A DNA stretch of 64,000 nt. It comes from Candidatus Bathyarchaeia archaeon. GTDB taxonomy: Archaea > Thermoproteota > Bathyarchaeia > 40CM-2-53-6. Every line of letters starts with the position of its first letter. The stretch's first letter is position 1. Below the pieces are notes generated by a model. It was not told the DNA's origin. It made no database searches and was given only the letters and a program-made list of their open reading frames with translations. The translations under genes and the position numbers were made by a program. Where the stretch lies: assembly GCA_049513715.1 (NCBI GenBank), contig JBEKVV010000001.1, positions 256,001 to 320,000 of the forward strand, written 5' to 3'. This document shows, piece after piece, positions 10,650-19,549 of the stretch.

Positions 10650-11531
10650 TCATTGAGAAGGAGTGGAATCATTCGTGTGCTTCTTCTGGTCAAATCGCGC
10701 CATTGCCTGCTCTATAGCCTGGTGCAGTTCTTGGCATGCGAGCTGTCTAACGTCCACCGCATCATCTACAGTGTTCCCCTTCGCTTCTGCAAGCCCCTTT
10801 CGAAGCTCTCGTACCTCCGCCTTCAGGCGTTCGAGCTCACGTTGATGTTGAGATTTGGACTTGTCCAATTCTTGTTGGAATCCTTCTTTGTTGGTTCCCA
10901 AGGCTCTTTTCTTGGCTTCCAATGCTTTCGTGCTGTCCTCGATTTTTGACTCCGATCTGTGTAAAATTCGTTGCAGGAAGCCGCTCTTTTTGCGGAGCAT
11001 TTTCAGACGCTTCCTGTCCAGCGAGTCTATTTCACTATGGAGCTTCTCTTGGGATTTCTCGAATTTTCTCCTAGTTTCGCGGGAATGAGCCTTCTGGTCA
11101 TTTTCGAGCCTCGTGATCTCCATTTCATGTTGGGTCAGTCTGTTCTGAAGTTTGGAGACCTCTTCGGATGTGTTTTGTTCGGCTTCGACGTGTTTAGTGA
11201 AGTTTTCTTCGACGCGAACTAATGCTTTCCCGACGCGATCCTTGTATTCCTGGTCACTTGCCTCGGGTAGTTGCGTTTCGAATTCTGTAAGAACGGCTCT
11301 AAGATCTTTCATCCATCTCTGGAAGTGCTCAGAGAATGGCGGTAGTGCGAATCTCTGGTTTCCGAGGTGTAGGACCGCATTTAGCACTTTGGATGATATT
11401 TGGGTTGGGTCTACGAGTTCTGCTTCTTGGTAGGCGAATCGGGATCCGCGGTCGTCGCGCTTTTCCTTGGAAGATTTCTTGGGGGCCGGTCTACGAAACC
11501 GACTACCGCGCATGCGTGGCTCGTAGCTCAT
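10650..11531 (-). CDS. Coiled-coil hypothetical protein
   Basis: 293-aa ORF, basic N-terminus followed by a long charged helical region. Confidence 0.7.
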   Translation of the reverse strand: MSYEPRMRGSRFRRPAPKKSSKEKRDDRGSRFAYQEAELVDPTQISSKVLNAVLHLGNQRFALPPFSEHFQRWMKDLRAVLTEFETQLPEASDQEYKDRVGKALVRVEENFTKHVEAEQNTSEEVSKLQNRLTQHEMEITRLENDQKAHSRETRRKFEKSQEKLHSEIDSLDRKRLKMLRKKSGFLQRILHRSESKIEDSTKALEAKKRALGTNKEGFQQELDKSKSQHQRELERLKAEVRELRKGLAEAKGNTVDDAVDVRQLACQELHQAIEQAMARFDQKKHTNDSTPSQ

Positions 11532-11570
11532 GATTGCAGGTTTTCTTGGTCGATGCTATATTAAGTGTCA

Positions 11571-12137
11571 TCATGCTCGAGCGTTTGAGCGCAGCGCCTT
11601 GTTGAACCAAAGGTAACGGAATGCTAGACCTACGAGGAGCCCGTCAGCGTGGGCTAGGAAACCCCCGCCACTGAAGATATCCAGTCCAAGGAAGAATATC
11701 ATCCCAATGAGCCCTTTGAGCCCACCGGCGGCACCGAGCAGGCCCCAGATTGCCCCTGACGCACCCAGCCCAACCGCGTCGCCTCCCAAGAAAAGAAAAG
11801 CGACGTTTCCTACAAACCCGCTTGAGAAGTATGTGGCTAACCATTTCTTACGAGACACTTGCTCTTCTAGGGACGTTCCGAAGATTAGGAGGAACAGCAA
11901 GTTCCCACCTAAGTGGGTGGGGTTTGCGTGCATGAACATGGCCGTAAACAGCATCCACACTGCCCCCTGCCAAACCGCAGCATTGACTTGTGCCAGTGGC
12001 AGGAACAGCTGATAATTGAAAGAGAGGAGATTGCCACCAGCGATTCCTAAAGCCACGTAGATGATGAGTAAAAAGGCCGACATCATGACACTAGGCGAGT
12101 CTCTAACTCTGCCGGCCGCTCGCTTCTGCATATGCAA
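11571..12137 (-). CDS. Rhomboid family intramembrane serine protease
   Basis: W.LFTAMFMHA..HL.GN, catalytic GASG, AH..G; start uncertain. Confidence 0.88.
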   Translation of the reverse strand: MHMQKRAAGRVRDSPSVMMSAFLLIIYVALGIAGGNLLSFNYQLFLPLAQVNAAVWQGAVWMLFTAMFMHANPTHLGGNLLFLLIFGTSLEEQVSRKKWLATYFSSGFVGNVAFLFLGGDAVGLGASGAIWGLLGAAGGLKGLIGMIFFLGLDIFSGGGFLAHADGLLVGLAFRYLWFNKALRSNARA

Positions 12138-12202
12138 GACCTGTCCAATGGATATGTCTGGCTGGTTTTGGCCAGGTCCAATTTAATAAGTGAATCCGCC
12201 CA

Positions 12203-13096
12203 TTGAACCAATTCGTGTCGGGATTAGCGGGCTCCTTCCAAGCAGGTGAACGTGTCGCAAAGTTCTCGTTCATGACCCTTGTCAGCATTGGATTGGTTGA
12301 GCTCGCGATTGGGTCTTGGACCGGAAGCGTAGGGCTCACGGCTGATGGAGTCGATTCGATTTCAGACTCAGTCATTTCCGTCATCGTCTGGATCGGTTTG
12401 CACTACTCCAGGAGGCGACCTGATGCACGCTTCCACTTCGGCTACCACAAAGTCGAAAGCTTGTCCGCGCTCGTCGTATCAATCGGAATGGTGGGAGTTG
12501 CGGGTTACATCATGCTTCATTCATACTTCACCTTCCTTAACCCTAGGGCCATCAATTATCCAGAGGTTGCTTTCATCACGCTGCTGTGCGCGGGAACTGT
12601 ATCGCTGTACCGAGCATTTCGAATGAGGGCAGTCGCGAAAAAGTACGGTCTTCTTTCACTTCGGACCGATGCTAACAACTCACTCAAAGACGGGACCGCA
12701 TCGTTCGTGGTGCTCGCTAACGTAGCCGGGGCTTCACTTGGCTTCCTTCAACTTGATGCGGTGGGCGGAATGATAGTCTCAGCATACATTATCGGAATCG
12801 CATATGTTGCGATCAAGGAATCATCCTTAGTGCTTCTGGATGCTTGTGAGAGTCCAGAGATGACATCGGTATTAGCGAATGCGTTGAAAACAGTGAATGG
12901 AGTTCAAGACGTGAAGAGCATAAAGTTGCGCCCCTCGGGCCCATACTTGACCGGCATCATTTCCCTAGTCGTAGATGGCCAGAAAACGATTGTTGAGAGC
13001 GAGGGCATCCGTCGCCAAGTCTTGGACACTGTGTCGGCGATTGTCGAGCCCCTAGGCGAGATTACCGTCATATTCAGGTCGGAGAGTCAGGCATGA
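12203..13096 (+). CDS. Cation diffusion facilitator family transporter
   Basis: ADGVDSISD, PDARFHFGYHKVE, C-terminal dimerisation domain. Confidence 0.88.
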   Translation: MNQFVSGLAGSFQAGERVAKFSFMTLVSIGLVELAIGSWTGSVGLTADGVDSISDSVISVIVWIGLHYSRRRPDARFHFGYHKVESLSALVVSIGMVGVAGYIMLHSYFTFLNPRAINYPEVAFITLLCAGTVSLYRAFRMRAVAKKYGLLSLRTDANNSLKDGTASFVVLANVAGASLGFLQLDAVGGMIVSAYIIGIAYVAIKESSLVLLDACESPEMTSVLANALKTVNGVQDVKSIKLRPSGPYLTGIISLVVDGQKTIVESEGIRRQVLDTVSAIVEPLGEITVIFRSESQA

Positions 13097-13219
13097 AAAT
13101 CCATCAATCTTTGGACAATTGGACCTAGAATCGGTCAATCATGTTGCGCCACAATTCTACTTGGAAGAATCGGCCTGAAATCAGCTAAGCCGCTTGAGTT
13201 TCTGAGTATCTTTGAACTT

Positions 13220-14026
13220 TTAGGCTTCTATCTTCTCTACGAGCAGCATCTTTCCTAAGGTTGTGAGCGTAACCTTGGTTTTGCCCCTAGCGTGTCTCGT
13301 GGCTTCGGCCAGTCCGAGATCTATTAATCCTCTTGCGTCTTCAGAGCCGTGTATGTGGTAACTCAACAATGGTTTCCCATAGTTTGTGAGCTTGCTTAAC
13401 TCGTCGAGGCTATCTACTTCACCGCCAGCCTTGTCCAATGCCTTAAGGATGTCCAACTTCACCTCAGAAACCATCTCTGTGTAGCTCAGCTTCATTGGTG
13501 GAAGCATAACGCATTCGTCCCCTTTGCAGAAGAAGGCCTTGAAACCGAGTATGAACGAGGTGACCGCCGCGGCGATACAGATCATCTTGTCGCCGCTACT
13601 GACATTGAGCAGGAAGTCATCATATTGAGAACGGTTCTTCTGCACTATGTCCGAGAACACTTGCATGATGTCCTTGTAGGAATGCTCCGGCCTAATGTTG
13701 TCGTAAGCCTCTACTTCGGTCTTAAGCGTGTCGGAGATGTTCTTGGAAAGGCGCTTTGCAACCTCCTTGTCCCGATCATAACAAATCAGGACGAGTTTGT
13801 TGGCCGGAGCGTTCCGCACTCCTGAGAGGACTCCGCTGGGGTCGTCGCCGATTGTTGCGATTTGAAGTGTCTTTCGGAAAGCCCTTGAGGACTCGCTGTC
13901 CGATCCTCTTCCGCGGTGTCCGCTGTCCAATACGGTCACAGCTCTTGGCAGTCCTTTGTGCCCCTGCAGGTTTGGGTAAGAAAAGCTTGCTGGTCTCGTC
14001 GGCGTGGTTTGACATGGTTTCTTCAA
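13220..14026 (-). CDS. CARF-like (Csa3/HFX_2341-type) plus winged-helix transcriptional regulator
   Basis: Rossmann-like N-terminus with LLNVSSGDK motif; C-terminal wHTH (LDELSK..GKPLLSYHI..L...GL..VTLTTLG); true start probably about 13940. Confidence 0.75.
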   Translation of the reverse strand: MKKPCQTTPTRPASFSYPNLQGHKGLPRAVTVLDSGHRGRGSDSESSRAFRKTLQIATIGDDPSGVLSGVRNAPANKLVLICYDRDKEVAKRLSKNISDTLKTEVEAYDNIRPEHSYKDIMQVFSDIVQKNRSQYDDFLLNVSSGDKMICIAAAVTSFILGFKAFFCKGDECVMLPPMKLSYTEMVSEVKLDILKALDKAGGEVDSLDELSKLTNYGKPLLSYHIHGSEDARGLIDLGLAEATRHARGKTKVTLTTLGKMLLVEKIEA

Positions 14027-14171
14027 CTGACGCTACCTCCAATTGCGCCCAGTGGACAACGCGGTCTTATCCAGACGGTTTAAACAAATTCGTGCGGCCT
14101 GACCATTCATAAACCTAGGATCAACCCGAACCTGGGTACAAATTCTTCTAGCCAACCAGTTCTATTACAGT

Positions 14172-14996
14172 GTGGTCTCGTTGAACCTGAAGATTGGGTG
14201 CAGTGGCTGGTCATACGTCGACTGGGTAGGCCCGTTCTACCCTAAGGAAAGTAAGCAACAAGAATTCCTGCGGCTGTACTCCCAAGTCTTTGATTGTGTT
14301 GAAATCGACTCCACATTCTACAGAGCTCCCTCCATGGCCATGGTACAACAGTGGGACAAGTCAACCCCTCAGGGTTTCATCTTCTCTCCCAAACTCCCTA
14401 AACGAATAACCCACGACCAACACTTGGAAGGCATCGCATCTTATCTGGAGCATTTCACCCGAACCTTAGGGCAATTGGGGGGCAAGCTTGGCCCGTTTGT
14501 GGTGCAACTTCCACCCTCTTTCAAACGCCCAAAACACGAGAAAGCACTTAGTAGTTTCCTGTCGGAGCTGAGTGGTGCGCATAGATACGCTATCGAGTTT
14601 CGTCATAAATCCTGGTTTGATACCGACGTGGAAAAGCAGCTCGAAACGCGGAACATCTGCCAAGTATGGTCGGTCAACCAATACCTAACAACCCCAGCGA
14701 GTGTTACCTCTGATTTCGTCTACATGCGGTTCGTTGGTGATAGGGCGATAAACCAATTCAACAAAATACAGAAAGACCAAGCAGATACCATGAAGTCTCA
14801 GAGCAATACTCTCAAGGAGGTCGGAGACTCCGTCAAAGAGCGTTTCGTTTTCTTCAACAATCACTTTGCGGGTTTCGGCCCTGCTTCGGCAAACGAGTTC
14901 AGAAGGTTGATGGGCCTCGTAGAGATGGATTGGACTGGACTGCAGAAGGGCGGTTTGCCACAACGAACACTCTTCGATTTCTCGAAATCAAAATAG
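14172..14996 (+). CDS. DUF72 family protein
   Basis: IGCSGWSY..W.G.FYP, VEIDSTFY, QLPPSF, EFRH.SW, FFNNH. Confidence 0.92.
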   Translation: MVSLNLKIGCSGWSYVDWVGPFYPKESKQQEFLRLYSQVFDCVEIDSTFYRAPSMAMVQQWDKSTPQGFIFSPKLPKRITHDQHLEGIASYLEHFTRTLGQLGGKLGPFVVQLPPSFKRPKHEKALSSFLSELSGAHRYAIEFRHKSWFDTDVEKQLETRNICQVWSVNQYLTTPASVTSDFVYMRFVGDRAINQFNKIQKDQADTMKSQSNTLKEVGDSVKERFVFFNNHFAGFGPASANEFRRLMGLVEMDWTGLQKGGLPQRTLFDFSKSK

Positions 14997-15014
14997 GCTG
15001 CTGATGAAGCGCAA

Positions 15015-16100
15015 TTGGCGCGTGTAATCTTCCATGTCGATTTGGACGCATTCTATGCGTCCGTCGAACAAAGGGAAAACCCCTCACTGCGCGGAAAGGC
15101 CTTGATTATCGGTGCCGACCCAAAGGAAGGCAAAGGCCGTGGGGTTGTCGTAGCATGTTCATACGAGGCTAGGAGAAGAGGCCTCCACTCAGGGCAACCA
15201 ATTTCCCAGGCATATCGGCTGTGCCCGGACGGCGTATACATCAGACCTAACCTCGCTCTGTATGGACAAATTTCCTCGGATATCATGGAGCGCTTAAGAA
15301 AGTACGCTGACAAGTTCGAGCAAGTTAGCATAGATGAGGCCTTCCTGGATGTAACTCAAAGCTTCACTCGGTTTGGCGGAGTAGTAGAACTCGCCAAAGG
15401 CATTAAGTCCGAGCTTAAGGAAGCGGAAGGATTGACCTGTTCGATTGGGATAGCGCCGAACATTTCGGCTGCGAAGATTGCTTCTGACTTCCAAAAACCC
15501 GACGGCCTAACTTACATAGATCGTGACCGCGTGAAGGAATTTCTGGCCCCACTTGAAGTTTCCAAAATCAGCGGCATCGGAAAGAAAACTGAACGCAGCC
15601 TCAACGAATTGGGGATCAAAACCATTGGCGACTTGGCCGCATACCCGCCGAAGGAACTGTACAAGCAATTTGGGAAACCAGCAATTTGGTTGTGGGCTAT
15701 TGCCAACGGCGATGAGCGAGTCCAGGTGCAGGAAAACTATGTGATGAAATCGATTGGGGCAGAACACACGTTTGAGGAGGATGAGGATGATTGGCACGTT
15801 ATTGACCGAGAACTCGCTTCTCTAGTCGAATCTGTCCATGGACGTTTGGAGGATGAGAGAAAGGTGTATCGCACAATCACCTTGAAAATCAGGTTCAAGG
15901 GGTTCGAAACATTCACGCGGGCGAAGACACTTGCATTTTCCACATCAAGTAAAGATGTCATCCTCGAAACGATCAGTGGGCTAGCCAAAGAGTTCATGGG
16001 TTATCCCAAGAAGGTGCGGTTGGTCGGAGTCCGCCTTTCTGGGTTTGAAGCACGCCCCTCAACGGCCGGGCAGACTTTGGATTCGTTCGCGTCGTCCTGA
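15015..16100 (+). CDS. dinB: DNA polymerase IV (Y family)
   Basis: HVDLDAFYASVE, SYEAR, SIDEAFLD, AKIASD..KP.G, little-finger RLVGVR. Confidence 0.95.
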   Translation: MARVIFHVDLDAFYASVEQRENPSLRGKALIIGADPKEGKGRGVVVACSYEARRRGLHSGQPISQAYRLCPDGVYIRPNLALYGQISSDIMERLRKYADKFEQVSIDEAFLDVTQSFTRFGGVVELAKGIKSELKEAEGLTCSIGIAPNISAAKIASDFQKPDGLTYIDRDRVKEFLAPLEVSKISGIGKKTERSLNELGIKTIGDLAAYPPKELYKQFGKPAIWLWAIANGDERVQVQENYVMKSIGAEHTFEEDEDDWHVIDRELASLVESVHGRLEDERKVYRTITLKIRFKGFETFTRAKTLAFSTSSKDVILETISGLAKEFMGYPKKVRLVGVRLSGFEARPSTAGQTLDSFASS

Positions 16101-16111
16101 CGGTCATGCAT

Positions 16112-17014
16112 CTAAGCTGCGAGTTTGATCTCGGGCATGATTTTTCCGAGAGAGTCGCGAAGTGCCTGTATTTCTTGGGCGCTCATGTGGCGCAATGGTG
16201 GTTTGACCGTCCCGCTCCGTAATCCCCTCATCTTCAAGGCTTCCAGCAGTGGGGCGATGGGGGGGTTGCTCAGTGCGGACCGAAGCGCATGGATTCTCAG
16301 CTGTAAGGCTTTTCCCCGTTCGTAGTTCTTGTTCCTGTAAGCGTCGTACATTTCAACGAAGATTTCTGGAAAAGCGCTCGCGGTTGCAGAGACGCCCGCT
16401 GCGACGCCAGCGCAGAAGGCTGAAAATTGGTAGGAGTCAGTTCCGTTCAGTATGTTGAACTCGCTTGGTAATTTGTTCAGGTAGTCAAGTAGTTGCAGGA
16501 AATTTTGGCTGCTGTCTTTGATCCCTATGACGCGGGGAATTTTGCTGAGTTTCAGGAGCAGGTTCGCGTCGATGTTGTTTCCGGTATTGGGCGGTATGTT
16601 GTAGACGAGCAAGGGCAAGTTTGTTGCGCGCGACAGCCTTTGGTAGTGTTCAATGAACGCTTCTTCTCCTGGATGGTAATAGAATGGTGTTAGGTAGGCT
16701 ACGGCGTCCGCGCCGATTCCTTCAGCGTGAATAGCAAGCTCTATCCCAACTAGTGGGTCGGCGGCTCCGACCTGCACGATGACTGGTACGCGTCTCTTCA
16801 CTGCTTTAACTACGACCTCTGCAACTCTTTTTCTTTGCTCGGGTTGCATAACGGGGCCGAGGCCTGTGGTTCCGAGAGGAAAGAGCCCATTCACCTTACT
16901 CTTAATTTGGAATTCAACGAGTTCTTTCAATGAATCCTCTTCGACTTGGCCAGCGGAAGAGAAAGGTGTTACGAGCGCTGGAATCATACCGCGTAACTTG
17001 AGCGAGTTTGACAT
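16112..17014 (-). CDS. Dihydrodipicolinate synthase family aldolase/lyase
   Basis: ALVTPF, GTTG, YNIP, GIKDS (Schiff-base Lys). Confidence 0.9.
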   Translation of the reverse strand: MSNSLKLRGMIPALVTPFSSAGQVEEDSLKELVEFQIKSKVNGLFPLGTTGLGPVMQPEQRKRVAEVVVKAVKRRVPVIVQVGAADPLVGIELAIHAEGIGADAVAYLTPFYYHPGEEAFIEHYQRLSRATNLPLLVYNIPPNTGNNIDANLLLKLSKIPRVIGIKDSSQNFLQLLDYLNKLPSEFNILNGTDSYQFSAFCAGVAAGVSATASAFPEIFVEMYDAYRNKNYERGKALQLRIHALRSALSNPPIAPLLEALKMRGLRSGTVKPPLRHMSAQEIQALRDSLGKIMPEIKLAA

Positions 17015-17075
17015 TGTGTGCGCTCCGCTGTCAGTCGGAGTGTAGCACCGACTAAAAGGTATTGATTTCAGAGGG

Positions 17076-17666
17076 TTACGGTTTTCTGCGTTGCAGAAAC
17101 CGGGTAAGGCGAGTGGCCATCTTCAACGCGATTCTCCCGGGAAGAGTCACAAGGTAGCGGCCCCTGTCTCCCTCTTGGACGATTAGACCCGCCTCTTGGA
17201 GAGTCTTGAGGTGGTTCGATATTGTGCTTGGTGAAATGTCTTTGAGCACTGATTCTATTTCGCTAGCATATCTTCCTCCATACAGAAGCTCGGAGAGAAT
17301 TCGAAGGCGATGCTCGCTTGCAAGCGCTCCCATTAGTGAAGCGGCACGTTCAGCCTCAGTGGCGTTCAGAGAGTGCGCGCTAACTCTCTCGATATGTCTA
17401 TCAAACCAAGCTCCAGTCGGATCCACAAGGACTGATTTCTCGATTTCAGAAGAAATGCCTGACATGACGCTTTCAACAACATCGCTCACGTAGTCACCTA
17501 TTGACTGGCCCAAATTGCGGTTTGGAGTACGTTCCCGTGTCTTGCTGCTGGGCGGTGGAATCGATTCAGAGACCCGTCTGATATCTTCGCGGAGTTTTGC
17601 AACTTCCTCTTTCAGGTCGTCGATGCCTTCTCGACGTTCCTTGGTTGTGTCGTCCAATTCGTTCAC
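17076..17666 (-). CDS. ArsR/SmtB-type winged-helix regulator with N-terminal extension
   Basis: ALASEHRLRIL...SPSTISNHLKTLQEAGLI...GRY. Confidence 0.85.
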   Translation of the reverse strand: MNELDDTTKERREGIDDLKEEVAKLREDIRRVSESIPPPSSKTRERTPNRNLGQSIGDYVSDVVESVMSGISSEIEKSVLVDPTGAWFDRHIERVSAHSLNATEAERAASLMGALASEHRLRILSELLYGGRYASEIESVLKDISPSTISNHLKTLQEAGLIVQEGDRGRYLVTLPGRIALKMATRLTRFLQRRKP

Positions 17667-17712
17667 CGAATTTAATTCGTGTTGAATCGAATTGAATTCG
17701 TATATTATAAAT
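17667..17712 (-). promoter_or_regulatory. Two copies of palindrome CGAATT-N-AATTCG plus TATA box upstream of the ArsR gene
   Basis: CGAATTTAATTCG at 17667-17679 and CGAATTGAATTCG at 17688-17700; TTTATAATATA on the minus strand at about 17701-17711. Confidence 0.7.
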
Positions 17713-17775
17713 ATTGCTCACGTTGTGGGAGTTCCGATTATGGCCTTTCTGCTCTAAATCTCCGTGACCGACCCG

Positions 17776-18582
17776 TTACTCCTCGAGTGTAACCTGCTGG
17801 TTTTCTTGGAGCTTGATGCGGTGCCAACGTGCATCAAAACCAATATCCTTCATGCTCCTCAGGCGAATCAGATTCTGGGCTGGGTCAGAAGTCTCATCAA
17901 GCTTGAAATCCACCACTCCATCGGCAGCGGCTTCGAACCGCTTGTAGACCCAATCGCTATGGACGCCCTTGATGAGGCTAGCTATGATTGTTGTATTGCG
18001 GAACTTAGCCATGGGAATAATCCTAGTCAACGAGAATTCAACCCAGTTTTTCTCCTCGTTGAATCGAGCCAAGATAGAACCGTCATCTATGATATTCAAT
18101 GAAGTTGGAAGAGGGGGCCCTCGCAACTGTTCCTGTGAGTAAAAGATACTCAGATCGGAAACCTTCATGGATCCGATGGCGAATGGCTCATTAGATTTCT
18201 GGCCGAGTGCCGCGGTATACCAATCCCAAATCCGTAGCTTTCCTTCTTCTTCTAGGGTCTTCGGATCTAGGCCCTGGCGTTTCAACTTGAGACGTATGCT
18301 CTCTGGGGGTTGTGTGGAGACGCTGTAGCTGACTTTGCCCCCGCCCTTTATCCACCCCACCACAATTGTGAGGGAAGCATTGAACCATTGTGAGGCGGGG
18401 TCGAACTCAACTAGAAGGTTTGTTCCCTGCGGCACAGGGCCAGTGGTCAATTCTTCGATTAGTGGAATTCGCACTGTCAGTCCCTGATCTAAGGGAGTTC
18501 GTACATGACTTAACTTCTGATGCTTGTTCCGAACAAATAGAGAGGTAGGAGACTGCCTGGCCGCTTCATCGTCTCTAGGCAC
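17776..18582 (-). CDS. KaiC/RAD55-like RecA-fold protein with degenerate Walker A
   Basis: IPLIEELT.G.VP.G...LV start and ADGVVDF..R.RSMK end typical of KaiC-like domains; P-loop position reads FDPASQWF; start probably about 18474. Confidence 0.72.
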   Translation of the reverse strand: MPRDDEAARQSPTSLFVRNKHQKLSHVRTPLDQGLTVRIPLIEELTTGPVPQGTNLLVEFDPASQWFNASLTIVVGWIKGGGKVSYSVSTQPPESIRLKLKRQGLDPKTLEEEGKLRIWDWYTAALGQKSNEPFAIGSMKVSDLSIFYSQEQLRGPPLPTSLNIIDDGSILARFNEEKNWVEFSLTRIIPMAKFRNTTIIASLIKGVHSDWVYKRFEAAADGVVDFKLDETSDPAQNLIRLRSMKDIGFDARWHRIKLQENQQVTLEE

Positions 18583-18880
18583 CTTTCGAGGTCGCGACCA
18601 ATGTCTCCGTTGACCCTAGCTCAATGCTGCACGCATCGAACAATTCTTGCAAGTATTGACCCATCGTTGTCAAATCGGGTGCGCGCCATACTACGACCAG
18701 GTCGTAGCGCCCGAGTGTGACGAAGGTGTGATCCTCGTGTATCCCTCGCTTGTGTCTGGCCAACTTCTGGTCCGCTTGGTCGATGGCTTTCATGAAGTTG
18801 GTCGGGGTCTTCCCTGGACTGAGTTTGACAAGTGTGATGAAGTAGTGCGCCTTTGTTCCGTCTGGCGCAGTAATCGGCAT
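18575..18880 (-). CDS. GYD domain protein
   Basis: YFITLVKL...TLGRYDLVVV..APD...TETLVA; ATG at 18880 within ORF 18575..18985. Confidence 0.75.
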   Translation of the reverse strand: MPITAPDGTKAHYFITLVKLSPGKTPTNFMKAIDQADQKLARHKRGIHEDHTFVTLGRYDLVVVWRAPDLTTMGQYLQELFDACSIELGSTETLVATSKGA

Positions 18881-19110
18881 TATTGCAAATCGATTAGGCA
18901 AACTGTTCACCTCAACAAACTGTCCACTTCGGTACCATATATCGCTTTGCAAAGAGCAATGGTTTTTGAGGTTGGTTTTTCTCAAGGCGGCGAGATTTGG
19001 GAAATTCGTAAAATAGGAAAATTCCCGGACACAGCTGTCCTTGAGCGGTAACGCCAGTCGACTTTGGCATCTTCCAAAATCCGGAGTGGGATTAAGGGGT
19101 CCCTCGAGGT

Positions 19111-19422
19111 CTAGGCTGGATTGGCCTTTTCACAGTCGTAAATGATTTCTCGCTCAAGTGCCCTGCCCTTCCTGAACTTCCAAATTTCAGCTCGGCCGCG
19201 GAAAGCTTCAGCCCACACTTTCAGCGTCTCTTTCTCGGTTTTGCTTGCGCGGCCCTTTCCGCTCTTTACTTGAACCATTAGAATTCGGCCATCCCGGCCT
19301 GCAAAGATGTCAACGGGGCCGTGGGAGGCTGCGCTGCGGCTGCAATACCACCCTTCTTGCCTCAATTTTCGCAGCACCTGGTACTCGCGGCTACGGCCTC
19401 TAGTATAGGGTGTGGAAACCAT
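19111..19422 (-). CDS. hjc: Archaeal Holliday junction resolvase-like PD-(D/E)xK nuclease
   Basis: RGRSREY..L..LR.EGW...RSAAS..PVDIFA....VQVK. Confidence 0.75.
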   Translation of the reverse strand: MVSTPYTRGRSREYQVLRKLRQEGWYCSRSAASHGPVDIFAGRDGRILMVQVKSGKGRASKTEKETLKVWAEAFRGRAEIWKFRKGRALEREIIYDCEKANPA

Positions 19423-19549
19423 TCCTCAATCCGGCCCTCTTGATTTCCTATTCTCAATCATATACATGTTCCAGTGGATACGGGGACGGGTGGTTATCTT
19501 TGATGCGGAGATGTAAAACACTTAAGGCGCTGTAAATCGGTCTCATCGA

